In this document: positions 22,016 through 32,774 of the stretch, piece after piece
How the letters are laid out: each line of letters begins with the position of its first letter
Position numbering within the stretch: the stretch's first letter is position 1
Sequence record: ON000910.1
Direction: 5' to 3' (one strand)
DNA length: 64,000 nt
The notes under the pieces: model-generated
The model's input: only the letters and a program-made list of their open reading frames with translations
What the model was told of the DNA's origin: nothing
Databases searched by the model: none
Translations under genes and position numbers: made by a program

Positions 22016-25000
22016 ATGTCATTAATTGCATGGTACCCTTTACATAAAGATCTTAAAGACTGGAGTGGCAATGAAAACCACTTGAGTGTTTATAACGATA
22101 GCGGTGCAATCGTAGATAGTCAAGGTAAATTGGGTATGTGTCAAGAGCGCACAGTTTACAATACTACTGACCATTTACGAAGTGAGCGCAAAGTTAATCT
22201 AAACAAAGATTTCACGTTGGCAGCGTGGATCAGACCAATGGGGAATTATCATCTTTCAACTGCGAATGGTATAGTTACTCTGCATAGTCACTCAGATGAT
22301 ACAGGACCGGGGTTGACGCTTAAATGTGATAGTGTCACTTCTGCTTTGTTGAGTTGTAATACAGGTAATGGTACGTCACGAACATATCACACGTACTACG
22401 GCACAACCAATATGCACTTGAAATGGCATCACTGTGTTATGAGATATGCTGATGGCGTCGTGACCCTATGGGTTGACGGTGTAATAGAGAGAACTTTCTC
22501 GTATGACATGGCATATCAAGAAGACTATATCGCACTGTTTGCATGGTCTACTACGTATCTTGGTGCATCCAACTATCGCCCAACGTGTAAATTGAATGAT
22601 GTGCGCGTGTATGATCATGCGCTTTCAACTGCCGAAATCAAAGAACTTGCTCGCGGTCTTCAGGTGCATTATACATTTGACGATCTAGAACCGGGATTTG
22701 AAAACCGTATTGTGAATAGCTCATTGTTGGGTGCAGTTCCGTTTGACCCGTTAGTGCATACAAACATCGGCTGGGATCCCGACTTACATGAAGACGCGCT
22801 AATCGTACCGGGTTGGTCTAGTGGTTGGAACGGTGGCTCAGACCCCGACAATAATCGTATTCATGCACACTTTAAAGAGTTTCAAGGTGAAACTGTCGGG
22901 TATGCGAATAACATTGATGGTGGTTGGCTTGGGTTGACACACACGACCCTTAATAATGAATTACTAGACCCTGGTTTAGAAACTGACCCAAATGGTTCGC
23001 CTAATGATCGTCGTATCGGTCGTAAGATGATTTTATCACTTGACGTTTATACTGAAGACGTTGGTAGTGGCATTCCGTATTGGGATATCGGGTTATATAG
23101 ACCTGTGATCGGCGGCAATCGTTCGTTTGCGAAGCGTATGTACGTAAGACCAACTCGCTCTAAGGCATGGGAACGAATTCAAGTTGAATTTGAAATCGAC
23201 GCTCAGTGGGATTGGGATTCATCTTCAAGTGCGACGATTTACTTTTACGGGCATTATGGACCAACGGGACCGAAATACTTCAAGAATGTTCAGCTTGAAT
23301 TGATGACTGATCGTGCAAATGATTACAAGGTATCAAATACTACGGGTCGTTTCATCAACCCCGCTCAGTATGTTCTACACGACGCATCTGGGTTGAATCA
23401 CGACGCAGAGTATATCAATCACCCCGATGTTGAAGCTAGGGATTACACTTCAGTTTCTTATTCTCATATGTCGATTAATAACACGAAACAGCCATCTGTA
23501 TATTATCTTTTCAGCGAACGAGATATAAAACCATCTCCCGTAGGTCACACCGTATACTGGTCTCCCGGTAGTGACGCAATATGGTATAGTTCTAATGGTT
23601 ATGAGCGAACTCAAGGAACACCTTGTGCGTGGGTTGTTGACGGCTACGTGCCACCTGAGGATAGTTTTACGTGGATGGCGTGGATCAATAAACGCAATCA
23701 ACGCGCACGAGATTCAGTTCTAGTATCGTGTGGTGATAGTTGGGATACACCAAGTGGGTTTGAAATCGGCTATGGATGGGGAGATTCAAACTACGCTGGT
23801 ATTGCAGGTGAGCGTGTTTCGTCGGGTGGCTATGACGGATTGCCAGGTACTCTTAATGAATGGAGACATTGTGCTGTAGTATTCGATGGTGAAACTGGTA
23901 TTACAAAATGGTATGTTAATGGGGTTGTGACTAAAACTCATAGTGGAAGCCCGCGTGATATTGGTTTAGGTGTTGGGTATCTTAAAGTTCTCAATACTGG
24001 TGCGTTTAGAGATTCTATTAGTGAAGGGTTCTACGGTGGCGTTGCTGATTATAAGATTTATGCGAAAGCACTTGAACAATCTGAGATTGAAGAGTTAATG
24101 AACATCAAAACAAGCATCGACAATAAAGGTCAGCTTAATAGTTCGCGTTTAGTCGAGGGTTGGGATGATTCTGCTGAAACTGAGATTCAAATTCGTTCGA
24201 GTTCTGAAGCATTTGATGACGGTACAGCCACGTTCATTGATGGTGTTAAACAAGGAGCCATGTTATCAAGACGCGGGTTAAATTTCTGTATCTTTGATCA
24301 TGGTATGAATCTGCGTGGGTTTGGTAACCTCGACACTTATGCTGGTACTGTTGTATCTCAGTATTATGAATTTGACAGTGAGGTTTATGTATCAAACGGT
24401 GATGATGTAACAGACGCACAGGACGCGCATAATTGGGTCAAACACGCCATTGATAAAATGGAAGATGGGTGGTTATTGAGTATTGCACGATGTGATGCTT
24501 CGACGGCGCAAGACGGTACGCTAGATGAGTACTTCAAAACGTACTTCAGTGCAGATTATGCACCAAGTGAAATCATTACACGTGGTACATGGTCATTGAT
24601 TGCTTTCAAGAATGGTCAGAAACTACTCGAAGAAAAGGAAGGTCGTCGATATAACGAACAAGGTGAACGTATTAATTATACTCGCACGTCGTTTTTGCGT
24701 GGTAGCTTCAATACTCCAAATGTCAATAAAGATGGTACAACGTATGCAGGTGTGTTTGATGAAGTCGGTAATACCGATTCACTGTATGCATATCTTGATT
24801 TTACTGATGTTGAGCCGTTTACAGACAAATCGATGTCAAGAACTTCAATCACTCAATTCAATAACCCGTTGATTGATAAAGGTGGGTTATACACTGACGG
24901 TACATTAGCTGCCAATGGTGGTGTACTGATTGATAATTCACTAGATGTTACTTTTAGTGATGCAGATTGGGATACGAGTGAGTTTACGATGACTGTTCTG

Positions 25001-25474
25001 TGTACTGCACTATCTGAGACTCAAGATACCGAAGCGTTAATCATGGCGAGTAGAGGTTTTCATACTGGTATCGTTGCAAATAACGGTCGATATGACGCTC
25101 GTATTTCAGTATCTGAGACATCTGGTGATCGGTGGTATACTCTTGCAGGTATCCCGCATACAGTGAACGAGATAACTGCTATATCGCTCGTTAAAAAAGC
25201 GAAACTGTTTAGATTGTATGTGAATGGTTCATTACTAGATACTGCGACACTAGATGACGATTTCATAGAATTTAAATCTGATCATGACATTACATTTGGG
25301 TATAACTCATCAACGAGTGAAGATTTTCGCTTTAATGGTGTGACTCATAAAGGTAAATTGCACACAAAGGCATTAAGTGATATTGAAATTGAGCGCGAAC
25401 ACAAGCTGTTGCTTGAGTCTGCGAGTTTCAATAAAAATGGTGCAGTGTCTGTCGTGTCACTTAGTGAGTCATAA
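22016..25474 (+). CDS. Tail-fibre-associated protein with several LamG/ConA-like lectin domains
   Basis: LIAWYPL, W.H....Y, LNDVRVYDHALS..EI, ADYKIYAKAL...EI repeats. Confidence 0.75.
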   Translation: MSLIAWYPLHKDLKDWSGNENHLSVYNDSGAIVDSQGKLGMCQERTVYNTTDHLRSERKVNLNKDFTLAAWIRPMGNYHLSTANGIVTLHSHSDDTGPGLTLKCDSVTSALLSCNTGNGTSRTYHTYYGTTNMHLKWHHCVMRYADGVVTLWVDGVIERTFSYDMAYQEDYIALFAWSTTYLGASNYRPTCKLNDVRVYDHALSTAEIKELARGLQVHYTFDDLEPGFENRIVNSSLLGAVPFDPLVHTNIGWDPDLHEDALIVPGWSSGWNGGSDPDNNRIHAHFKEFQGETVGYANNIDGGWLGLTHTTLNNELLDPGLETDPNGSPNDRRIGRKMILSLDVYTEDVGSGIPYWDIGLYRPVIGGNRSFAKRMYVRPTRSKAWERIQVEFEIDAQWDWDSSSSATIYFYGHYGPTGPKYFKNVQLELMTDRANDYKVSNTTGRFINPAQYVLHDASGLNHDAEYINHPDVEARDYTSVSYSHMSINNTKQPSVYYLFSERDIKPSPVGHTVYWSPGSDAIWYSSNGYERTQGTPCAWVVDGYVPPEDSFTWMAWINKRNQRARDSVLVSCGDSWDTPSGFEIGYGWGDSNYAGIAGERVSSGGYDGLPGTLNEWRHCAVVFDGETGITKWYVNGVVTKTHSGSPRDIGLGVGYLKVLNTGAFRDSISEGFYGGVADYKIYAKALEQSEIEELMNIKTSIDNKGQLNSSRLVEGWDDSAETEIQIRSSSEAFDDGTATFIDGVKQGAMLSRRGLNFCIFDHGMNLRGFGNLDTYAGTVVSQYYEFDSEVYVSNGDDVTDAQDAHNWVKHAIDKMEDGWLLSIARCDASTAQDGTLDEYFKTYFSADYAPSEIITRGTWSLIAFKNGQKLLEEKEGRRYNEQGERINYTRTSFLRGSFNTPNVNKDGTTYAGVFDEVGNTDSLYAYLDFTDVEPFTDKSMSRTSITQFNNPLIDKGGLYTDGTLAANGGVLIDNSLDVTFSDADWDTSEFTMTVLCTALSETQDTEALIMASRGFHTGIVANNGRYDARISVSETSGDRWYTLAGIPHTVNEITAISLVKKAKLFRLYVNGSLLDTATLDDDFIEFKSDHDITFGYNSSTSEDFRFNGVTHKGKLHTKALSDIEIEREHKLLLESASFNKNGAVSVVSLSES

Positions 25475-25504
25475 ATATTATAAAACAACTAATAGGAATA
25501 TGAA

Positions 25505-27235
25505 ATGGCAAAATTAGGTCCTACTAACATTTTCGGTGCGTTGAACGTATCGTCAATGGCACACGTCGGGAGTCTAGTTGTTGATACTGAGCTTTTTGCA
25601 CAAAACACGCAAAAGGTGTTTCATGATGCCTATCACCCAAATGCAGATAAATGGACTACCGCTCGTACGTTGAATTTAAGCGGCGACGCGAGTGGTAGCG
25701 TCTCATGGGATGGTAGCTCAGATGTTACATTAAACGTCACAGTAGCAGACGACTCACATACTCACGAAACTCAATATATTAGTAAAACACAACCGTATAA
25801 CGATAATATTCTAAGTGGGTCAATTGGCGGCTCAGATGGCAAACCGTTACTACAAGTTAATGGGGCTTCTGCGTATCTAGGCTCGACTGGGCGTGCAGGG
25901 TTACAATTAGCAACAAGCACCAACCCTGAGTGGATTGGTGGTGGGGGTGCATATAAACTTTTTAATGATGCATATCACCCAAATGCTGATAAATGGACTA
26001 ATGCACGAACATTGACATTGAGTGGGGATTTGAGTGGATCAGTTTCAATTGATGGTAGTTCTAACGTAACGTTATCAGCTTCAGTTGCCAACGACTCACA
26101 TACCCACGATGGTAGATATTATACTGAATCTGAAGCAGACTCTAGATTTGCAAATGTATCAGGCGATACGTTCACTGGCGACGTTTATATAAACGCTGCA
26201 TTGATGATGAGGGTAGGTACAACTCCTGCTATACAGCGAGCTGATGCTAGAGCCGATGATACCAATTACTCTAGATTGCATTGGTATGGTCGAACTGACA
26301 CGGGGGCGACTAGTAACTTTCGACATGCTTGGTATGATGGGTCTGATTACATTAATGTCAGTGCATCGTCTAGTAGCGTGAACTTTGACAGAGTTAGCGG
26401 AACTGCGATCATGCGTCTGCAAGGGAATCGCGTATTTGCAGATAACTATCACCCAAATGCAGACCGTTGGACTACATCTCGTACGCTGTCGTTGAATGGC
26501 GATGCAAGCGGCTCAGTTTCAATTAACGGTAGTTCGAACGTGACTTTAACCGTTACTGTTGCTAACGATTCTCATACTCACGACGGTCGTTATTACACAG
26601 AATCAGAATCGAATTCGAGATACGTGTATAAATCTGGCGATACGATGACAGGCGAATTGAAACTAAAGGCGGGTTCGCACGCAGGCGCGTCGATCAAAGC
26701 ACTGGACGGCGGAGTTAACGGCACGAACTTGATTATATCGTCGGGTGGTAACACCGTAATTGCATCGGGTGAGACGACCGCTGCAAATGCTGTATCGTCG
26801 GGAAATACAAGCGAAGATCTTCATGTTGGTTCCGATGGTACGATATACATGTACACTAATGCTCAATCATGGGGTAGTCGCAAAACGTTCACATTATCTA
26901 CGGGTGGTAATTTCACTGCGCCGGGAAATATCACTGCGTATTCTGATATAAGAATCAAAACTGATATTAAGCGCATTGTTAACCCTCTTGAAAAGATTGA
27001 CATGCTGAATGGTTATACGTATGAGCGTACTGATATTGACGGCCCTCGTCAAACTGGGGTAATTGCTCAAGAAGTTATTGAAGTTCTACCAGAAGCAGTT
27101 GTTGAGCAAAACAACATGTATTCTGTTTCATACGGAAACATGGTTGGGTTGTTGATTGAAGGTATTAAAGAAGAGAAAAGAAAACGCGAAGCTCTTGAAA
27201 AACGACTTGAAAAACTAGAAAAACTACTTAATTAA
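25505..27235 (+). CDS. Distal tail fibre with C-terminal S74 intramolecular chaperone
   Basis: YHPNADKWT..RTL repeats; YSDIRIKTDI...GVIAQEV..VLPEAV...YGNMVGLLIEGIKE. Confidence 0.82.
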   Translation: MAKLGPTNIFGALNVSSMAHVGSLVVDTELFAQNTQKVFHDAYHPNADKWTTARTLNLSGDASGSVSWDGSSDVTLNVTVADDSHTHETQYISKTQPYNDNILSGSIGGSDGKPLLQVNGASAYLGSTGRAGLQLATSTNPEWIGGGGAYKLFNDAYHPNADKWTNARTLTLSGDLSGSVSIDGSSNVTLSASVANDSHTHDGRYYTESEADSRFANVSGDTFTGDVYINAALMMRVGTTPAIQRADARADDTNYSRLHWYGRTDTGATSNFRHAWYDGSDYINVSASSSSVNFDRVSGTAIMRLQGNRVFADNYHPNADRWTTSRTLSLNGDASGSVSINGSSNVTLTVTVANDSHTHDGRYYTESESNSRYVYKSGDTMTGELKLKAGSHAGASIKALDGGVNGTNLIISSGGNTVIASGETTAANAVSSGNTSEDLHVGSDGTIYMYTNAQSWGSRKTFTLSTGGNFTAPGNITAYSDIRIKTDIKRIVNPLEKIDMLNGYTYERTDIDGPRQTGVIAQEVIEVLPEAVVEQNNMYSVSYGNMVGLLIEGIKEEKRKREALEKRLEKLEKLLN

Positions 27236-27260
27236 AAGGGCTCCTACGGGAGCTTTTTTT
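27236..27260 (+). terminator. Rho-independent terminator
   Basis: GCTCC-TACG-GGAGC followed by T-run. Confidence 0.75.
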
Positions 27261-27305
27261 ATACATGATAAATAAATGATAAAACGTACTCAATGAGAGA
27301 ATAAC

Positions 27306-30300
27306 ATGGCAGAACTAAGATCAACTACCGCAATTGGTGGTAACATAGTTTGGCACGGAGGGAATCTTCGCTTTGACCCGCAAGGCGAGACAATTCGCTA
27401 CCAAGGCCACAAAATTTATACAGAACATGATACACCACTACCAGGCGAATTAGGTAACGGTGGGACGACTTCTGCATTCACGAAAGCTGAATCTGATGCT
27501 CGTTTTGCTCCAATTGCTGCTGGCGGCTACGTGAAGAAAACTGGCGATACAATGTCAGGTAAATTGACGAACACGGCAAACGAAATTGAGATCAACGGAG
27601 CGTCGCCACGTCTGTTGTTGCGCGACAACGACAACTCAAAAAACTGGTACATTATGAACTCGACTGATAGTTTCAGTATTCGAGAAAATGATGTAGTCAC
27701 TACTCGCTTCAGAATTGATGCTACTGCTGCCGACTTTTCTGTTGATAGTATTGATATCAACATGAAAACAGCATTGCGTGGGTTTGATGATTGGTTGAGA
27801 ATCAATGATCAGAATGAGTTTGCGTCTGGGGTTTATTACGGAAGCTCTCTATTACGTACAGATGGAACGTTGCATATCGGCAATGCTGGTTCTACAATGA
27901 GTGTCAACTCTTCTGCATTTACATATAAAGGGAATAATGTATTCAACGATGCTTACCACCCAAATGCAGACAAATGGACATCTGCACGCACTCTTACAAC
28001 GACTCTAACGGGCGATGTAAGCGGTTCTGCGTCTATGACTATTGATGGGTCGGCTAACGCGACTGTGACTGTTACAGCGACTGTAGCGAACGATTCACAC
28101 ACGCATGACGGTAGATACTACACTGAAGCAGAATCCGATGCACGATTTGCAAATGTTACAGGCGATACATTCACTGGAAACGTTGCGATCAGCAAAGCAG
28201 GTGCGCGTTTAAGCTTTAACGAGACTCTATATGCAACCGAAAACTCAGGTATTAACTGGATTACAGGTGCGAATCAGAATCTTGAATTGATTCATGAAAT
28301 TAGTGACGTTGATATCAATACTGATGGTGGTAACGGTCAAGCGTTGATCATTCGTGATAATGGTTCAACGGCATCGGTGGCGGGTCTTGAAGTACAAGGT
28401 GAAATTTTCGCGAAAGTTAATCAGCGTGTGTTTCACGACGCATATCACCCAAATGCAGACAAACTAACAACAGCACGAACAATATCATTGAGTGGTGATT
28501 TAAGCGGATCTGTGTCGTTTGACGGTAGCTCAAACGTTACGTTGAACGCATCAATTCCGAGTATCGATAATTACCCTACGTTTGCTGAGGTTGGACTGCG
28601 TTCAAGTGACTCGGACTTTATAGCAACGGGTAGAACTGTTGCTGGTGTTGACACATCGGTTGACTGGGATACATTAACTACGGCGGGATTTTACAATAAA
28701 CTTTCACAAGGTACAAATAGACCAAGCGGGTTTACTGGCTACTGGTATGTTCAGAACATGTCTTACGGTACGACAGGTAATACTACTCAAGTTGCGTATT
28801 CGTATGGGTTGTTGGGTAATGTTGGTACTATCGCGATGCGTACTCGATACAGCGGTCAGTGGGAAGACTGGGTTCATATGTATCACACAGATTACCACCC
28901 ATATGCAGACAAATGGACAACTGCACGTTCATTATCTCTTGGTAATGAATTGAGTGGTTCGGTGTCTATTGATGGTAGTTCGAATGTTACTCTAAACGCA
29001 TCGGTTGACCATATCGACAACGTATTGAACATCAATCGCGTTGGCGAATCTAACCCGTCTATTCAGTTGAACAATGATACAGGGGAAACTCGTGGTAACA
29101 TTTACTGGAATCGCGTTGATGGATCGTTACAATTCAGACTAAACGGATCTGATGGAACTACGGCTGAAAACATCATGTCAATGTACTCAGATCGTACAGT
29201 GTTTACAGATGCTATTCATACAAGTACATTGTTGAATGATGCAAACACTGAACAAGGATTGTTAATGTTCAGTGGCGGTACTACTCGCTTGGGTGGTAGT
29301 GGTGCAAGTGCTATGTATTTCTGTCCGCTTGGTGTTAATTCAAACGCGTCGAGTGATTTTGCAGCATCGCTCAACACGTCTGGTGTAATGTCATTGAATG
29401 CATCATCATCGACGCCGCTTTCTGTACATCGAGTTGAAGAGTCTTCAGTCCCGAACGTTAATATTCGATTCCAAGGAAAGAGTATTGACGGAAATGCACT
29501 AGGTGAAGCGTGGTATGCAGGTTCGTTCACTAACGGAGCAGGGTTTGGTATTGGTACAAATGCAGACTTATCCACAGCATCGAATCGATTGTTCGAAGTT
29601 GGTAGCGCGGGAGCAGTTGTTCGCAGAGAAGGTTCTGGTGCAACGAGTCTGACAGTTGAAGGTACTGACCCGTTCTTGGTGTTTGACCAAACAGATATTG
29701 GTAAATATGGTTACATTGGGATGGACGGCTCGGGTGCTGATTCGCTTTATGTTCGTACCCCGGACGATTCTACAAGACGCAGTATTTACCATGAATCGAA
29801 TAAACCAACTGCGAATGATGTAGTCAATAACGTAATCAGCCTAGCTGGTTTAGATGCTACTAAGTTCTATCCAGTCGTATTTGATGCAAACAATACTGCT
29901 GGTTATACGTGTGAATTCACATTGTCTGTTGGTTCAGGACAAGGCAGCTCACCATATAACAACAACACTTTAACTGGTGTTGCTCGTGGCGGCGGTTGGT
30001 CAGACCACAATGCATATTATGACTTGATTATGCAGAAATATGTTGATTCAGAAACAAACATACATTCAATATGGGAAGGTACTCAGGGATTCACGGGTGT
30101 TGTTATCTACGTTCGTGGTGGTCAAAGTATAGATCTGCGTAGTAACTCTCGCGCTCAAGTGTATACGTCAGATTACTCTTTCGGTGGTTCGGTTTTCCCT
30201 GCGGGGATTTCAAATCCATTGGGTGCTGCAACTAATGCTACTATGTTTGCGTACTTCTCACAGTCTGGTAGATATACATCAAGTTCAGCGACTCGTTACA

Positions 30301-31505
30301 AGCTGAATACAGGGGAGATGAATTTAGCGTCTGGTTCAAATCACGGTTTGTTTAAAATTGAAACTGATGCGAACTACGATTCTATAATTCGAATGTCAGA
30401 AGATAATGCAGCTCATGGTGGGTTTATTCACTATCTAGGGGCTACGACCAATGAATTTAAAATTGGTACACGTCAGAGTGATGTAGATACTACTGCACTG
30501 ACAATCCCTCGTGGTACTTCTAACGTTTTTGTTGGTGGTAATTTGTATGCTAACGGTGGTACAGTTCAGTTAGCATCGAAAATTAACTTGACTTATGATT
30601 CGACTAGAGTGTTAACTGTTTACAACGGTAATAATAGTAAATCTGCATGGATCGGTTGTCGTAATTCGTCATATGCTCACATGGAGACTAATGCAACTAA
30701 TGGGTTCTATTCATACAGTAAATTCAACTTCGCCTCGGATGTTGATGTATTATTAAACAAAAACATTCTATTGGGTGGGAAGCGAGCTTTCAGAAACAAT
30801 GAAGGCGCGTGGTTGAGATTGAACCCATATGCTGATTTCAGCTCTGGGATTTATTGTGGTAGTTCATTGCTACGTACAGATGGTCAAATCACTTCAGGTT
30901 CGTGGTCTGGCTCGAATAAATCAGCTAGAGTTGCGTCAAACTTTTATGACTCAACGTGGGCGGGTAACGGAACTGCTGCATTTAGTGTAAACAACCCAGA
31001 TACCGTGGGTGCTCACTGGGCATTTGCTTCTTTCTACAACGGTAGTAACATTCGTTCGGGTATTCAGATTCTATCGAACTCTGATGGTCGTATGCGATTC
31101 TATACTAACCGTCGTGCGAATTACGTTGAAGTGAGTAGTGGTAGCTTGACTGCTCAGGGTAACGTTACAGCTTACTCAGATGCACGTTTGAAAGAGAATG
31201 TCAAGGTTATTGACAATGCACTCAATAAAGTAGGTGAATTAAGCGGGTATACATATGATAAGCGCAAATCATTAGACTCAGATGAGTTTACTCGTGAAAC
31301 TGGTGTAATCGCGCAAGAAGTGCAAAAAGTGCTGCCAGAAGCTGTGATGGAAAGTGACGAAGATCATATTCTATCAGTGGCGTATGGTAACATGAACGGT
31401 CTTTTGATTGAAGCTATTAAGGAGCTCAATGAGAAAGTCGATTCACTTCAGAACGAAGTACAAGAACTCAAACGCCCATGGTGGAAGAAGTTGCTTCGTT
31501 TATAA
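27306..31505 (+). CDS. 37: Long distal tail fibre (gp36-like N-terminus, gp37-like body, S74 chaperone)
   Basis: Same N-terminal domain as 20466; fibre repeats; YSDARLKENV...GVIAQEVQKVLPEAV. Confidence 0.8.
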   Translation: MAELRSTTAIGGNIVWHGGNLRFDPQGETIRYQGHKIYTEHDTPLPGELGNGGTTSAFTKAESDARFAPIAAGGYVKKTGDTMSGKLTNTANEIEINGASPRLLLRDNDNSKNWYIMNSTDSFSIRENDVVTTRFRIDATAADFSVDSIDINMKTALRGFDDWLRINDQNEFASGVYYGSSLLRTDGTLHIGNAGSTMSVNSSAFTYKGNNVFNDAYHPNADKWTSARTLTTTLTGDVSGSASMTIDGSANATVTVTATVANDSHTHDGRYYTEAESDARFANVTGDTFTGNVAISKAGARLSFNETLYATENSGINWITGANQNLELIHEISDVDINTDGGNGQALIIRDNGSTASVAGLEVQGEIFAKVNQRVFHDAYHPNADKLTTARTISLSGDLSGSVSFDGSSNVTLNASIPSIDNYPTFAEVGLRSSDSDFIATGRTVAGVDTSVDWDTLTTAGFYNKLSQGTNRPSGFTGYWYVQNMSYGTTGNTTQVAYSYGLLGNVGTIAMRTRYSGQWEDWVHMYHTDYHPYADKWTTARSLSLGNELSGSVSIDGSSNVTLNASVDHIDNVLNINRVGESNPSIQLNNDTGETRGNIYWNRVDGSLQFRLNGSDGTTAENIMSMYSDRTVFTDAIHTSTLLNDANTEQGLLMFSGGTTRLGGSGASAMYFCPLGVNSNASSDFAASLNTSGVMSLNASSSTPLSVHRVEESSVPNVNIRFQGKSIDGNALGEAWYAGSFTNGAGFGIGTNADLSTASNRLFEVGSAGAVVRREGSGATSLTVEGTDPFLVFDQTDIGKYGYIGMDGSGADSLYVRTPDDSTRRSIYHESNKPTANDVVNNVISLAGLDATKFYPVVFDANNTAGYTCEFTLSVGSGQGSSPYNNNTLTGVARGGGWSDHNAYYDLIMQKYVDSETNIHSIWEGTQGFTGVVIYVRGGQSIDLRSNSRAQVYTSDYSFGGSVFPAGISNPLGAATNATMFAYFSQSGRYTSSSATRYKLNTGEMNLASGSNHGLFKIETDANYDSIIRMSEDNAAHGGFIHYLGATTNEFKIGTRQSDVDTTALTIPRGTSNVFVGGNLYANGGTVQLASKINLTYDSTRVLTVYNGNNSKSAWIGCRNSSYAHMETNATNGFYSYSKFNFASDVDVLLNKNILLGGKRAFRNNEGAWLRLNPYADFSSGIYCGSSLLRTDGQITSGSWSGSNKSARVASNFYDSTWAGNGTAAFSVNNPDTVGAHWAFASFYNGSNIRSGIQILSNSDGRMRFYTNRRANYVEVSSGSLTAQGNVTAYSDARLKENVKVIDNALNKVGELSGYTYDKRKSLDSDEFTRETGVIAQEVQKVLPEAVMESDEDHILSVAYGNMNGLLIEAIKELNEKVDSLQNEVQELKRPWWKKLLRL

Positions 31506-31508
31506 ATA
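31501..31508 (+). promoter_or_regulatory. Late promoter
   Basis: TATAAATA. Confidence 0.75.
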
Positions 31509-31554
31509 CACCTGACAGTCAGAGAATAAGACAACCAACATAGGAACCAATACT

Positions 31555-32130
31555 ATGAGCAAGATAGCACAAGTTTTATTAGCTATTATCGGTACTATTC
31601 TTATCCCTCTGGCTATCACCTCAATGAGCGTGGCGACAAACTATGGCGGAATGCAGGAAGCATTACAAGTTGTACAAGAGCAAGGAAAAACCGCTGTAGC
31701 TCAAAACGCGATGATCATGCAAGAAATAACTGACATCAAACTAACAAACGCGACACAAGCGCAACAGTTGATTAGCTTAGAAGGGTCACAAGCCCTTTTG
31801 GTTAAGAAGCAAGATGAAGTGCTTGTGAACTATGGTAGGCTTGAGAGCGAAGTAAGAGCATTGAGGAATACGTCTGAATTGGGCGACAAAAATCTAGTGA
31901 ATTCAGTTAATAGTTTAAAAAACTCACAAACTGATATTCTATCTAAGATAGATAGTACCCATTCACGATATTCTAAAATTGAGACTGATTTAGCCAGAGT
32001 CGAGACATTAATAAACATTGATTCGTCTGACCGCTTTACTGGTAAAGACGGTGATATGCTTAACAATCGTATTGATAATCTTGAAACTAAAGTTGACGAG
32101 ATTGACAAACGAACTAAGAAAGTACAGTGA
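31555..32130 (+). CDS. Membrane-anchored coiled-coil protein at the holin (t) position
   Basis: N-terminal TM segment; sits between tail fibres and asiA as T4 t does; no clear sequence match recalled. Confidence 0.5.
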   Translation: MSKIAQVLLAIIGTILIPLAITSMSVATNYGGMQEALQVVQEQGKTAVAQNAMIMQEITDIKLTNATQAQQLISLEGSQALLVKKQDEVLVNYGRLESEVRALRNTSELGDKNLVNSVNSLKNSQTDILSKIDSTHSRYSKIETDLARVETLINIDSSDRFTGKDGDMLNNRIDNLETKVDEIDKRTKKVQ

Positions 32131-32132
32131 CC

Positions 32133-32162
32133 AAAAAAAGGAGAGCATTTGCTCTCCTTTCG
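32133..32162. terminator. Bidirectional terminator
   Basis: AAAAAAAGGAGAGC-ATTT-GCTCTCCTTT. Confidence 0.8.
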
Positions 32163-32163
32163 T

Positions 32164-32460
32164 TTATTCGTCGTGGACGACCCAATCTTCAGCTAAAATG
32201 TCTGCTTGAGATGCTACCCACCCTGGTTGCCATTTCTGTTCAGCCGTAAACATTGCGATATACGGTTGACTATCTAACGGTGTATCTTCACCGATATGTT
32301 TAGCAGTGCGATCATTGACTTTTCGCATTGTATCTTGAGTATTAAACGGCGGTAAGTAAAGTGCTGGCATTAACACAATAAACATACCTTGACCATTCCA
32401 ACCTTCGCGAGAAATCTTGCGACCTGCTTTTAAAGAAATTAGTGCATTTCCGAAATCCAT
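32164..32460 (-). CDS. tad2: DUF2829 / Tad2-like signalling-molecule sponge
   Basis: MDFG.AL..LK.G.KI.R.GWNG.GMF ... W.ASQ.DILAEDW. Confidence 0.8.
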   Translation of the reverse strand: MDFGNALISLKAGRKISREGWNGQGMFIVLMPALYLPPFNTQDTMRKVNDRTAKHIGEDTPLDSQPYIAMFTAEQKWQPGWVASQADILAEDWVVHDE

Positions 32461-32469
32461 ATTTTTACC

Positions 32470-32769
32470 TTATACGTAGATACTTTCTAAAATTGATTCA
32501 CCTTGAGGGATATTCCCCCATGAAAATGTTTCGCGAACTTCGCGTTTAGTACCGTGCGGTAATCGAGCAAACATCTGTCTGAATGACATCTGTGTGAATT
32601 CTTTACCAGTTGTAGTTCTAAACCCAGCTTCGTTACACATTTCTACAAAGAGTTTTTGATTTGTGACGCACTCATCAAATCCCATCTTGACTAACAGTGA
32701 TGCATATGCTGCAATGTCAAGAGCTAGTTGTGTTGTGCTTTTGTAAGTTGTTGTTGATACTTCATTCAT
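32470..32769 (-). CDS. asiA: Anti-sigma70 factor AsiA
   Basis: ASLLVKMG.DE.V.NQ..FVEMCNE.G....GKEFTQMSFR aligns with T4 AsiA; synteny next to t. Confidence 0.8.
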   Translation of the reverse strand: MNEVSTTTYKSTTQLALDIAAYASLLVKMGFDECVTNQKLFVEMCNEAGFRTTTGKEFTQMSFRQMFARLPHGTKREVRETFSWGNIPQGESILESIYV

Positions 32770-32774
32770 AATAA

